Shown here: positions 1 to 12,150 of the stretch, one piece after another
How the letters are laid out: each line of letters starts with the position of its first letter
How positions within the stretch are numbered: position 1 is the stretch's first letter
DNA from: Felis catus
Lineage: Eukaryota
Assembly (NCBI RefSeq): GCF_018350175.1
Contig: NC_058368.1
Location: 224,814,001-224,878,000, forward strand
Length of the DNA: 64,000 nucleotides
Direction of reading: 5' to 3'
The notes under the pieces: model-generated
What the model saw: only the letters and a program-made list of their open reading frames with translations
The model's database searches: none
What the model was told of the DNA's origin: nothing
Made by a program: the position numbers and the translations under genes

Positions 1-128
1 CGAATCTGAAGCGGACTCCAGGCTCTGAGCTGTCAGCCTCGAGCCCTACCGGGGATGGAACTCGGGACCTCAAGGTCATGACCTGAGCTGAAGTCGGCGC
101 TTAAACGACTGAGCCACCCAGATGCTCC
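1..128 (-). mobile_element. Can-SINE (felid SINEC), cut by window edge
   Basis: Reverse complement of the tRNA-derived SINE head (gagccacccag..., gtcatgacctgagctgaagtcgg). Confidence 0.9.
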
Positions 129-319
129 CTCTTTACTTTTAGATAATGTTCACCTTCCCCAATGTTGCCTTCATGAAGCTTCATAATCATGGTTCCTATT
201 TACTGCTCTTAGGAATCTCCGTCAGATCAAAGCCCTTACCCCAGTTCATCTAACTGTGACTCGTTGTGAGCTCCTCAAGATGGTCTGTGTGTGTGTGTGC
301 TCCCCGAGTCTAAAAAAAA

Positions 320-512
320 TTTTTTTTGAGAGAGAGAGAGAGCACACAAGCAGGGGGAAGAGGCAGAGAGAGAGAGGGAGAGAGAGAATCTCAAGGAGGC
401 TCCACACTCAGTACAGAGCCCCCATGCAGGGCTCGATCTCAGGACTGTGAGATCACGCCCTGAGCCAATATCAAGACCCAGACGCTCAACCAATGGAGCC
501 ACCCAGTTGCCC
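320..512 (-). mobile_element. Can-SINE
   Basis: polyT, (GA)n tract, then SINE head in reverse. Confidence 0.9.
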
Positions 513-779
513 ATAATTTTTTATATAAAAAAATTGTTCATACTGGTAGGAAATTTAAGAGAACATAGTGACAGATAAGTAGGTACCCTATAGCATAGAT
601 GAAAAAATTTGCAAATCAATAAAACTAACATGGTGCAATGTGAGATATTTGATCTATGATTGAAGTTCTCATTTATTCCCCTCTCTAGTCCCATGTCTTT
701 ATCTTTCTGTCACTATAATGAAGTTGTTATCATTTTTTTTCCACTACATTTTTACTAGATATTTCTGCATTCACATAAG

Positions 780-1072
780 ACCGTAAGCATATAAACTTCC
801 AGTTATAAAATGAGCAGGTCCTAAAGATCTAATGTATAATATGATTGTAGTCAGTAATACTGTATAAGATTACTAAGAAATGCTAAGAGATTAGATCATA
901 AATATTTTCCCTGCAAAAAAAAAAAAATGATGATTTCATGGCACGATGAGTGTGTTCTCCAACACGGTGATAATCATTTTGCAGTAGACAAATGTATCCA
1001 ATCAGCATTTTGTACACTTTAAACATACAAATGTTATATGTCAATTATGTGTCAGTAAAGCTAAGGAAAAAA
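780..1072 (+). mobile_element. L1 3' end (old L1M/carnivore type)
   Basis: aaacttccagttataaaatgag...aatgttatatgtcaattatg...aaagct plus A tail resembles an L1 3'UTR terminus. Confidence 0.75.
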
Positions 1073-1249
1073 AGACTAGTTAAGTATCTTCTAGAAGGAT
1101 AGTGACCCCTTTGGTTTTGTTCAATGCTACATGCGAAAACATAAAATGGAAAAACACATGAAACACACAAACAGGTATGTCATGTGTGTATATATAATAC
1201 ATATATATATGTATATATTATTTTATATAATACATGTGAATGTATGTTT

Positions 1250-2680
1250 ACCTCTTTAAAAATATCTAAAACTAAGTTAGAAAATACAGTGCAATGGATT
1301 ATTGATGAGTGATCATGCCTGTGCAATCACAGCACAGACCAAGATATTGAGCAACAACAGCACTGAAGAAGCTCCTTTCTTGCTTCTATCTTAACTATCA
1401 GGACTGTACTGATTTCTAAAACCATAGATTAGTTTTGCCTGGTTTTGAACTTAATATAAATCAAGTCATACAAGTATTATTCTTTTGAAATGCATTGCTT
1501 TCTCCAATATTATATTTGTCATATCCACCTATGTTGTCGCAGGTAACAGTCATTCATTCATTTCACCACCATGATATTCCATTGCGTGAACATACCATGG
1601 ACTTTAACTCTTTTTTGTTACATTTATATATTTATTTTTAAGGGGGAGGGGCAGAGAGAGAGGGAGAGAGAGAATCCCGAGCAGGCTCCACAATGTCAGC
1701 GCAGAGTCAGATGCAGGGCTTGACCTCACAAAATCGTGAGATCATGACCTGAGCTGAAATCAAGAGTTGGATGCCTAACCAACTGAGCCACCCAGGCACC
1801 CCTTAACTCTTCTAAAATTGGTGTGTATGGGAGTTGTTTTCATTCCTTGATAAGAGTAATCAGTGGTGTTATCCTCATCCATGATGTGTGGTGTGTATGT
1901 GTATGGATGTCTATTGGGTAAACAACTATCAGTGGGAATGCTGGGCTATAAGGATCGTATACATTTAACTCTAAGAGGTAATGCATGTGAGCTTTCAAAT
2001 GTGACTTTACCAAAATAAATTCCTATGAGTTGTGTTTAAGAGGGTTCCTATAACCCCCTATTTTGGCTGGCACTTGATGTTCACATTCTTTTCACTTTCA
2101 TCATTCTGATAAGTGGGTAATGCTATTTACTCATTTATGAAACTGTGGAAAGGTTTTATTGTGAAAAGGTTTTATTTTGCTTTTCCCTGAAAAGCACCTT
2201 TTTATGTATTTCTTGCTCATTTGAATATTCTCTATTGCCAAACATGTATTGAAGTGTTTGTCCAATTCTCTACTGAGTAATATTTTTCTAATTGACTTGA
2301 ATTTTTTGTGTATTTCAAACATGAGCCTTTTGTTGGTAATATGTATTCAAAATATCTTCTCCTAGCTTCTACACTTACTGTTGTATTTTGATAAATGAAA
2401 GAATTTAAATTTGAAAAGATCCATTATGCGATTATTTTCCTTTTGTTTATTGTGACTCGTGTCCTCTTTAAAAACTGTATCCTGGACTTAACTTTTTCCA
2501 TTTCAAAGTTGTAAACGTAGTCATGAATATTATTTTATAGGAATGTAAATTTTCACTTGGACATTCAGATCTGTTATGAGGCTAGGATTGGCGTTAATAT
2601 ATAATGTGAGGCTTTAATACATAGAAGTCAAAGTTCATTTTTATCCATGTAGCTATCCAGCTGGCACAGAATCATTTATT
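1250..2680 (-). mobile_element. Old L1M fragment (ORF2 end/3'UTR), interrupted by a SINE
   Basis: Antisense L1 motifs (ttcattcatttca..tattccattg, gtgggaatgctggg, caaaatatcttctcc). Confidence 0.7.
1612..1802 (-). mobile_element. Can-SINE
   Basis: Reverse SINE; TSD ttaactctt. Confidence 0.9.
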
Positions 2681-2686
2681 TAAAGA

Positions 2687-2869
2687 AGTCGGTTGAGTGT
2701 CCGACTTCAGCTCAGGTCATGATCTCACGGTTCATGGGTTCGAGCCCCGCATCAGGCTCTCTACTGTTAGCACAGAGCCCAGTTCCTATCCTCTGTCCCC
2801 ATCTCCCTCTGCCCCTCCCCGGCCCATGATTTCTCTCTCTCTCTCTCAAAAAGAAACATTTAAAAAAAA
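2687..2869 (+). mobile_element. Can-SINE, 5' truncated
   Basis: gtcggttgagtgtccgacttcagctcaggtcatgatc...(CT)n, A tail. Confidence 0.9.
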
Positions 2870-2878
2870 GAATTATCA

Positions 2879-3093
2879 GAGTGCCTGGATGACTCAGTCA
2901 GTTGGGTGTCTGACTTCGGCTCAGGTCATGATCTTACTGCTTGTGAGTTCGAGCCCCACATCGGGCTCTGTGCTGACAGCTCAGAGCCTGGAGCCTGCTT
3001 CAGATTCTGTGTCTCCCTCTCTCTGTTGCCCACCCTCACTCGCACTCTCTCTCTCTCAAAAATAAATAAATATTAAAAATTTTTTTAAAGAAA
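2879..3093 (+). mobile_element. Can-SINE
   Basis: Full SINE directly after the previous copy. Confidence 0.9.
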
Positions 3094-3129
3094 GAATTAT
3101 CTTTTGAGGTACCACCATTTAAATAAATA

Positions 3130-4800
3130 ATTTATGTACAATGCTCATGGACTATAAAGATATCAATTCTTTCCAATGCATTTTGTTGAGCAGGACAATC
3201 CAAATAGTACTTGAACAGGTTGTTTTGTGGAAATTGGCAATCTGAACTTAAAATTTGTATGAAAATGTGAAGAGCCAAAATATTCCAGACAATCTTAAAA
3301 AAGAAGAGCGAATTTATAAAATTTAAACTACCACATAGAAAGACCCAGAAAAGATTTATAGTAATCAAGGCAGGCTGATATTGGTGAAATGCCAAATAGT
3401 CCATTAGGACCAAATAGACAATACAGACAAAAAACCCACACATGTGTGATTTTTCAATCTATGACAAATATGACCATTCAACTCAATGGAGAAACTCCTG
3501 TATTTTTTTTTTTACCACGTACGCTAATTCAATTCCAGATGAGTAATTGTAGATGTGAGCACAAAAGGTTAAAACAACAAATCTCTTAGAAGAAAACAGT
3601 GTGGCTTTCTTAAATAATGTTAAAGATTTCTTAAATAGAAGTAAAAAAAAAAGTGCTAGCCATAAATGAATAGACCACATTAAGAAAGAGAAAACACAGG
3701 CTTTCAAGTGGGAAGAAACATTAACAAAACATGCTTAGAAAAAAACAAAATCAGGGGCGCCTGGGTGGCTCAGCCGGTTGAGCGTCTGACTTCGGCTCAG
3801 GTCATGATCTCGCAGTTCATGAGTTCGAGCCCCGTGTCGGGCTCTATGCTGACTGCTCAGAGCCTGGAGCCTGCTTCGGCTTCTGTGTCTCCCTCTCTCT
3901 CTGCCCCTTCCCTGCTCATGCTCTGTCTCCCTCTCTCTCAAAAATGAATAAACATTAAAAAAAATTGTTTTAAAGAAAAAAAAACAAATCAAAACTATAA
4001 AATCAATCCCTAAAATAATAGGATACGCACCACTGAGTCAGTAGAAAAAATGGCAAAATATTTCAACAGGTCCTTCACCAAAAAACTTGGATGGCCAACC
4101 CACATATGAAAACTGTCTTTATTTTAATAGTGAACGGGATAGTGGAAATTAAAGCTATGACCTGATAGATACAGTGTGCATCTATTCAAATGGTTAAAAT
4201 TAAAATGTAGTCAAAATACATCCTGGCAAGTTGTGGAGCAGTTGTAATTCTTTCCATGGCTGATGAGAGTGTAAATTTGTCCAACCGCTTTGGAAAACAA
4301 TTCATGGGCATCTACTAAAGCCAAACATACCAACTCAATGACCCCAAGGCATGCGCCCAATAAGAGTCAGTAGATATGTTCAGCAAAAGACATGTGTTAG
4401 AATATTCACAGCAGTCCCAAACTGGAGATAATGCCAACCTCCATCTACAGAAAAAAAATGATTAAATTGGAATATGCTCATAGGACCGTATAATATGCAG
4501 TGATAGAAATGAACAAACTATAATTATAGCCACAAAACATGCATGATCTCACAAATGTAGCACTGAGTCAAAGAAGCTAAGCACACCCAAATATGTATCG
4601 CATGGCTGCACTTACATAAAGTTCAAAGTTAGAAAAATCTAACCTATGCTATTAGAAGATAGTGCTTTGGCTATCTTTGGGGTTGCTGGTGGCAGGAACG
4701 GGGTTCCAGAAAAGTCTATGGAGTCATAATAATATTTTGTGTTGTTCACAGTGCTGGTTCCACAGGTTGTTCGCTCTATTTAATTCATAAACATTTTACA
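3130..4800 (+). mobile_element. Old L1M fragment (ORF2 C-terminal region + 3'UTR)
   Basis: Degenerate L1 ORF2 motifs (aaaatttgtatgaaaatg..agccaaaata, caaccgctttggaaaac, aaagacatgtgttagaatattcacagcag). Confidence 0.75.
3754..3984 (+). mobile_element. Can-SINE
   Basis: ggggcgcctgggtggctcag head, (CT)n, A tail. Confidence 0.95.
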
Positions 4801-5133
4801 CGTTATTAACAGTTTACTATTACCAATGGGCACAACCTGTTTTGATTTTTACGTTGGCTTCCTTGGCATCCATGTTAGCGTCACCATAAAACCCTTGCAA
4901 GGCCAGTTGGTGCCATTTGGGGCCAGATCAGCGTTGAGGATTCAGGAGCACGAGGGCAGGTCCCACCACCCACAGCCTTGTGTGCCTGCTGCCCTCACAA
5001 AGAACAATCTAGACTTCTACGTGTTCTTGCTTGACATTTGACATGACTCTCATCTCAATCACGAGCCAACACTTCATTAAATCTTTACTTTCCCAAACGT
5101 AGACAATAGGCCTTGAAATAATTTAACAACTCA

Positions 5134-5346
5134 GGGCGCCTGGGTGGCTCAGTCGGTTAAGCGGCCGACTTCGTCTCAGGTCGTGATCTCGAAATCCGTG
5201 AGTTCGAGCGCCGCGTCGGGCTCTGTGCTGATGGCTCAGAGCCTGAAGCCTGCTTCAGATTCTGTATCTCCTTCTTTCTCTGACCCTCCCCCGTTCATGC
5301 TCTGTCTCTCTCTGTCTCAAAAATAAATAAACGTTAAAAAAATAAT
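5134..5346 (+). mobile_element. Can-SINE
   Basis: Full SINE; TSD aataatttaacaac. Confidence 0.95.
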
Positions 5347-5648
5347 AATAATTTAACAACAGATCCGTTTTATTTTGGCTTGTTTTGTTTCGTTTTGCTT
5401 TGTTTTCCTTTTGAAATCTAGCCACTTCACCGATGATTTGTGACCAGGAGAATCTTCACATCTGACAGCACCAACAATACACTCACATACGATGTCCTAA
5501 ATGCTAATTTCTGTAGGGAATGTGATGAAGGCATTGATCACACTGAACAGCTTCCTTTCTTATCTGACGGAAGCATAAAGTGTCTCCTTTAAGAAAGGCT
5601 CCGTATTAAGTAGGAGGAAGCCAGCACTCTCCAGCAGACAGCACTTAC

Positions 5649-5668
5649 CAGCATGGAACCAGCCTCAT
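5649..5668 (-). CDS. Candidate first coding exon segment (MRLVPC-, phase 2) of an unidentified gene
   Basis: ATG at 5668 with A at -3; ends at a strong CTG|GTAAGT donor (GT at 5648-5647); TATA box ~130 bp upstream. A second, weaker ATG at 5654 would give ML|. Confidence 0.3.
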
Positions 5669-5769
5669 CCTGCTGTGAACATATTCAGAGCAGCCTCGCG
5701 AAAGTCCCAGGACTGCTGGGCTGGCAGCTGCTCCCTAGCCATGAAGTCCCTGTCCTTATAAAGCACCCT

Positions 5770-6040
5770 GTTTTCGATTCTCCACGCAATCTTTTTATAG
5801 GATGGGGCTCCGTTGCCATGAGGGCTCATCGCCAGGAAGGGATTGATTAAGCAGACAGCTATAAACATAAATAGCACCGAGTTAAGTGGACGCATCATAC
5901 GTGCCGAATAACGTGCCCGTCTATCGTAGAGCAGGGGCAGTTCAATTACACACAAATGAAATCATGGCCACTGGGCCTGAACCATGCGGATTAACCGGAA
6001 AACCCGTCCTAAAGCTGTAAAGCGAGAAGTCCACGTGTTA
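5770..6040 (-). promoter_or_regulatory. Candidate TATA promoter
   Basis: TATAAAAA on - at 5799-5792; RFX half-site GTTGCCATG at 5812; ACGTGCC at 5899 and 5911; CACGTG at 6032; locally raised CpG in unique sequence. Confidence 0.45.
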
Positions 6041-6204
6041 GGATGCTTAGAACAAGATGTCTTAATTTTAAAACACACTTCATCACACACTGTAACTCTG
6101 AAGAACGGTTAAATTGTAGTCCTAAATACTTTGCGATACCTTCCTCAGAGAGACGACAGAAAATTTTGTAAATCTGGTCAGAGATTCAATCAATGTAAGT
6201 CGAG

Positions 6205-6335
6205 AAATGGAAAGATCATGGAGCTGGAAGTCAAGAGACAGTGATTCCTAAGTGTGCCGGTGATTACCCCTGGATGATGTGGGGCAAGTCACTTATATGT
6301 AAAATGGAGGGAATAGTTGCTCTAAATCATTATTT
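6205..6335 (+). mobile_element. MIR relic
   Basis: gaaagatcatggagctggaagtcaagaga...ggggcaagtcactt..gtaaaatggagggaata. Confidence 0.6.
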
Positions 6336-6954
6336 CAGAATTGTTGAGAGCACACGGCATAGTATGTGTAGATGCCCTTTATATACTGTAAAAAGTTATT
6401 TAAAAAAAAGGTTAGGCGTTAACATACGACTACAAGATGACCCCTTTTGAATAATCTGTATTAGTATTTCTGGGACAACTTCTACAATTAATACATCAGA
6501 CGAAACAAACATTTCAAGTGGTTCAATTTCAGAAGCTAAAAAATATCACTTCGTCATATATAACATACACTTCTTATTTTTAAATAAAGCTTCCTTCTAG
6601 CTTTCATCTACAAAATCCTCATATCTCGCTTGCTTCATGTGCATATATCCCTGTGTTTATAATGCCTATATTTCAGGACCCAGACTGTATAGCCATCTCT
6701 TATTTTCACTAATTTTCCTTAAAAGATTCTCTTTAAAAATCTGAACTGTCACATGTTGTCTTTTTGTCTCCGCATAATACTTAACCCTCCCGATTTATAA
6801 CCTACAAACATATCTGAACATATATTTTTCTTTTTATAACTCTGCCTATATTTACCAAGATTTCCAGAATGTCCTAGATAGCCTTGGCATTTTTGTAATA
6901 AGCTTCTATGAGAGGGATCTTCGTAAATCTCTGTGTCTCCCTCTGTCTCTCTCT

Positions 6955-6956
<2 letters not shown>

Positions 6957-6993
<37 letters not shown>
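6957..6993. repeat. (CA)n microsatellite
   Basis: Direct reading. Confidence 0.95.
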
Positions 6994-6997
<4 letters not shown>

Positions 6998-7221
6998 CAA
7001 TGAATGTGATCCTTTTCTCTTTCCAAAATACACAGTAGCAATGCTCTGTCTCTTAAGCTTGTTGTACACAAAGGACAACCCAGAAAATGTAATTTAATTT
7101 TTAAATTAAACCTTCATTTCTACTTAATTGTACATTACACCTTCCTCAGTGCTGAAACATAATGAAAAAGAAGCAATTTCAAACGTGCTTAAAGGTCTTG
7201 CACTGCTCCAAAGTAGAACTC

Positions 7222-7235
7222 GTTTCCATAGCAAC
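7222..7235. promoter_or_regulatory. RFX X-box motif GTTTCCATAGCAAC
   Basis: Matches the GTTNCCATRGNAAC consensus; lies in repeat-free sequence. Confidence 0.55.
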
Positions 7236-7896
7236 TGGCATACCACCCTCTATTTATTCCAAATAAATGACAAATCAAAAGTGCAGCTGTAATATCAGGG
7301 GTTTCTATTTCTCCTAACACAATACAAAGCTACAAATACCTCTACTAGAATGGTTACCATTTACAATAACCTAATAAGTGAAAACAGCATGCTTTCAAAA
7401 CGTGGTCTGTGCTTGCCGTTTTCTATAGCGTGATGACTGTCACAATAACCTTGACTTCTATTCTGTAAAATGCCCTTGGGTGTGGGACCAAAACGGAAGG
7501 CATTCTTTTCATGATGTTAGATATTTTACACTGCAAATGAGATTTGTTTGTCTTAACCTACGAAGCAAATCAAATTCCAAATTACATCATCTAATAGCTC
7601 CTGCTGCGAGATGTCGTCAACAGGATTATTGATTTGGAAACCCAACATCTGCAAAACGCTAACCTGATCTATTAGGCTAAACAAAGGGTGTAAGGCTCAG
7701 CTGGTCCTTTTTTGCTGCCTACATCACGCTCTTGGTTAAATGAGCCCCAGCCCAGGAGACAGGCAAAGAGGCTGGTGAGAGGCCATCAAGTTAGTTAGTG
7801 ACCATCTGGGAGGGTGCCATCCTGCACTCCCTTTACTCATTCACATCCAATCTTTCTTGGTTATGTTTATGTGCATGTGTGCGCATGTGCGTACAT

Positions 7897-7897
<1 letters not shown>

Positions 7898-7930
<33 letters not shown>
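7898..7930. repeat. (CA)n microsatellite
   Basis: Direct reading. Confidence 0.95.
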
Positions 7931-7933
<3 letters not shown>

Positions 7934-9224
7934 CGTTCCCCAATGAACACCAGAAACATGGCACTTGACAAGAAAAAAAAAATGTCTGTACCTTTCACAT
8001 TTCAGCTTCTTTGTAAGTCTTCTCCTGAAATGTAAATGTTATGGAAAATTAAATATATTTTCAATAAGAGATAGAAAATACAATCTTGTATCAATGTCTT
8101 TTAAATGCTGAATATGATCTTATACCAATTTCTTTTAAAGGCTGACAACGTAAATCAGAAATAGTGGTATTTTTATCCATCCTTTCATTTAAACGTCGGC
8201 TTTAAAGATCTAGGTATCAGTCATCAGCGTAACTCTGAGGAGATATTTTTGAGACCAGTCGTCAACAAAGATATTTTTGTTTACCAACTAGACGGTTAAA
8301 GTTACAAATTCGAACACACACGCACGCGTATGCACCCCCACCCGTTTTGTTGCAGATCTTAACCTCTGTAAGAAAGACGAGGGGCCTCCAGGAAGACCAG
8401 AGGCCACGGTCTGTTGTCGCCTTCTGCGGCTTGTGTCAGCGTGAAGGCATTATGATCATTTCACCCACTGTTTGCCTCAAGACGTCTTTATGCGTAGGAA
8501 GCAGAGGATGAATGGAGCTGCTTCACAATGAGCTGTTAATCTCTTTACGATGTTCAACGTCACTATTTTTCAACACCTCTACGTATTTTTGTCACAGAGA
8601 TAAATGCAGATGGTCAGGGGCAAACATAGTCCATGTTGAGATGTTTAGAGTCCCGAATATGCCAAAAGATATGGATTCCTCAATAAACAGAACACAACTT
8701 CTCTTCTTGAAAATGGCTCTGCTTCCCCAAAGCCAGCACGAGATCTCCTTAAACTCATACTTAGCAAGGTCTTAACAAAGATTTAGCAAAATATCAACTA
8801 TACGCTCCTCACTTTATTGCATATTGATGTATTGCTAACAATCATGGGTTGCTATTAATTCAAATAGCAACAGATAAATCAAGTTGCCATACAATTAGCT
8901 AAAAATTACAACAGGGCCCAATACCGTGCAGAGCAATTTTTTTTTTAAATCGACCGCATATGCATATTCAATAAAACACTGTGCAACTATTTGAATACCT
9001 CAGATTTAATGAAAATGGATATAAAATTCTGGACGGGCTCCTTTTACAAGCACAAAACTAAAATTTACCTTTGAGTTGTCTGTTGTTAAATGAATTAACG
9101 AAAACAAGATTAGACAGGACACATTTAACTAACACAATAAAGGAGGTTTTCACATAATAAATGTAGCAAATTTTTTGGTGTAAAGGATTGACGCTGAGCA
9201 GGGCTTCAGTTTCAAGCCATCTAA

Positions 9225-9440
9225 AGCTGAGGCTTTTGAGTCAGAGAAGCCTTGGGTCTTGATTCTTGTTCCAGCACTAAGAGGTTTGGTTTGCCTGAGC
9301 AGTTATTTAACTTCTCACTATTAGCCCCCTCCTCTGTGACGAGGGCTAAGCAATCTGTCTTGCAGTGTTATTGTGAGATGCAAGTGAAGAAATTAAGTAA
9401 AGCATCTCAGCAGTGCCTAACACACAGTAGGACATTGATG
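9225..9440 (+). mobile_element. MIR
   Basis: ggcttttgagtcaga..gagcagttatttaacttctc..gtgttattgtgagat..cagtgcctaacacacagtagg. Confidence 0.75.
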
Positions 9441-9819
9441 AAGTTCTTTGCCCACGATTCAGCTTCTTCTAATGCAACACTTAGCCTGGGGAAAATTGGA
9501 GAGCTAAGGAAATCTATTCTTCCTAATTATACACCAGCTCCCTTCCCCATCAACTCTCCTATTTCCTCCAAACTATCGCATCTTCAGTGTGGGCTCTCTT
9601 GTCTCCTCAGCAAACTTGAGCTTTATGGGGTATGGAAGAAGAAGAGAGATGTTATGGTGTTTCATAACTAATTTCCAACTTTTAACTTTTGACAAAATTC
9701 ATGTAATGCTCACGTGTATGGCGTGAAATGCTAACCTCTCACTATACTCATTCTTAAATTAATTTTTATTTTTATCATGACTATGCAAGTACATAGTTTT
9801 AAAAATCATATAAATGACC

Positions 9820-9942
9820 GGCACCTGGGTGGCTCAGCGGGGTAAGCATCCAACTCTTGATTTCAGCTCTGGTCATGATCTCAAGTTCATGGGTCTGAGG
9901 CCCACATCGGGCTCTGTGCTGACAACGTGGAGTCTGCTTGGG

Positions 9943-9997
<55 letters not shown>

Positions 9998-10098
9998 TTG
10001 TCTCTCCCTCTTTCTTCTGTCTCTCACCTGCTTGTGTGCGCACATGCGCACATACTCTGTCTCTCTCTCCATCTCTCTCTCTCTCAAACTAAAATAAA
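9820..10098 (+). mobile_element. Can-SINE with expanded (CT)n
   Basis: SINE head and long CT tract. Confidence 0.9.
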
Positions 10099-10649
10099 TG
10101 AAGGAGGATATGACAAAAACAACAGACTTTGCCTTTCATATATGCATCTTCCTGCTTACGCACCACAGGCAATGCTTTTTAGCTCTTTACTCCATCTAGT
10201 TAATGTCTTATGCTTCACTAAGACACTTACACTGCTATTTTTTCTTAAGATTTGATATCAATCTTCTGATTCCCTACTATGGGCTATGAAAACTCAGATA
10301 TCTTTATTCCCTATCCCAACTATATATTCACATATACACATCTCCAAAATAGTTTTACTGTAATTGTGGTGAATTTGGTATTAAGCACTTCTTATTTCCT
10401 TCTTATACAGCTTTTCATTTTCACTGAAATTGATATTTGCATCTTTTTTTCTTTGCCTATCTACTGTATCAAACACATTAACTAGCTGACTTCTTTCTTG
10501 GCAACACCTTTTCTCGAGCTCCCTTTCTTCCATTCCGGTTTGAAGGTTTGAACCTTTGAACCTACTGCTGCTTAGGCTAGATTCACAGTTGCGGGAGCAC
10601 GATAATCACCATCTAAAAATACCCTGATTTTTCCTGCGCTGGATTCTTG

Positions 10650-11115
10650 GTATTTTCCCCTTTGTTGTTACATTACAAGACTCCTTCCTGCTGGTAGACT
10701 CACTCTAGAGACTCTCCGTACCGATGTGACAAAGTGGCCGTGTTGGGAAAACATATTATGTCTGGGAACTGTGAGCAGATTCTAGAAGTATGGCAACCTC
10801 CAGGTATTTAGGAAGTCTCCAATCAACAGGCAGCCAGAAGCTAAGACTCCCAAATTACAAATTTTGTATTACAAATACAAGTGAATGAATTCTGTCAATA
10901 AGAGGAGGGAGCTTAGAAGCAGACTCTTCCTCAGTCAAGCATACAGATATAAATGCAGCCCAACTAACCTCTTAATTGCAGTCATATTAGACCTTTAGCT
11001 AAATACCCAACCATGCCCCTGAAGGACTACTGATTCAGGACAAACACTGGCAGAGAATTATATGCATATGTTAAACAACTAAGTTTACTGTAATTTGTTA
11101 GCAGCATAGAAAATG
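10650..11115 (+). mobile_element. MLT1-type MaLR solo LTR
   Basis: gcagccagaagctaagactcc..gaatgaattctgtcaa..gagcttagaagcagactcttcc..taatttgttagcagcatagaaaa. Confidence 0.7.
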
Positions 11116-11124
11116 GGCATTGTT

Positions 11125-11350
11125 GGGGCACCTGGGTGGCTCAGCCACTTAAGTGACCGACTTTGGTTCAGGTCATCATCTTATAGTCTGTGAGTTCAAG
11201 CCCTGCGCCGGGCTCTGTGTTGACAGCTCAGACTCTGGAGCCTGCTTCGGATTCTGTTTCTCCCTCTCTCTCTGCCCTCCTTGATCACGTTCTGTTCCCC
11301 ACTCTCTCTCTCAAAAATAAACATTTAAAAAAAGAAGAAGAAAGAAAAAG
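11125..11350 (+). mobile_element. Can-SINE
   Basis: TSD atgggcattgtt. Confidence 0.95.
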
Positions 11351-11789
11351 AACATGGGCATTGTTTTTCTTGTCTAGATCTCTTTTCTTATTTTTTCATT
11401 TTGATTTGTATGGAAATATTACCTGATCCTCAGTTATCTCCTTTTATTTAGTCATTACCCACTCCCTCCAAGTGACTGGGATTTTACAGGTATGTTTTTT
11501 GTTTCATGGCTCTGGCATAATTTTCTCACTAACTGGTATTTCCCTGGGGCAGGGCATATGGCTCTGTCCAGGAAAAAATTGTTGGTTTTCTCAATCAGAA
11601 TATATGACACTAGCTTCTTCTCTCTATTTTAAGGTTAATTGTAGTGATAACAACATAAAGTATCAGTGCTGTATTAAATCACCAAAATTCTTCTCGGTAG
11701 GATGCCCGAAGCAAGTGCTTTAGGGTATACAATATCAAGTGTGCATTCTAATCAACACATCTTAAATATTAGCTAAATCTTTCACCTTA

Positions 11790-12150
11790 AGAACTGTATT
11801 AGGCAGTATTTGATAGACTTCAGCAGCAAATTAATCCTAAAATTTAAGTAGCTTAATACTACAAAAGTTTAACTCTCAAGCACATATTATCTGATGTACA
11901 TAAGATGAGATGATGGTTGGTTTTGCTCTGTGTGAAGATTCTGGGTCCAAGCTACTTTTGTTGAGTTAGGTCATGGTCACCATTTCAATATGTGGTTTCC
12001 ATAATCAACAGCCAAAGGGAAAATGAAAAATAGAAGAGGTGTACAGAATCTTAATGGGCTTTCAACCAGAAGTAAGACCCACATTTCATTGTCAGACTCG
12101 GCTATATGGCTACAGTCTGACTACAAGGGAGGATGTGACCTGAAAAGGAA
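11790..12150 (-). mobile_element. Old MLT1-type LTR relic
   Basis: tgtattagg..cctaaaatttaagtagcttaatactacaaaagttta..cacatttcattgtcaga..ctgactacaagggagg. Confidence 0.45.

Noticed and set aside
2697..3992. Recurrent ORFs such as MAQSVKRPTSAQVMISRSVSSSPASGSVLTAQSLEPASDSVSPSL (here and at many other loci)
   Set aside because: They are translations of Can-SINEs, not a repeated protein family.
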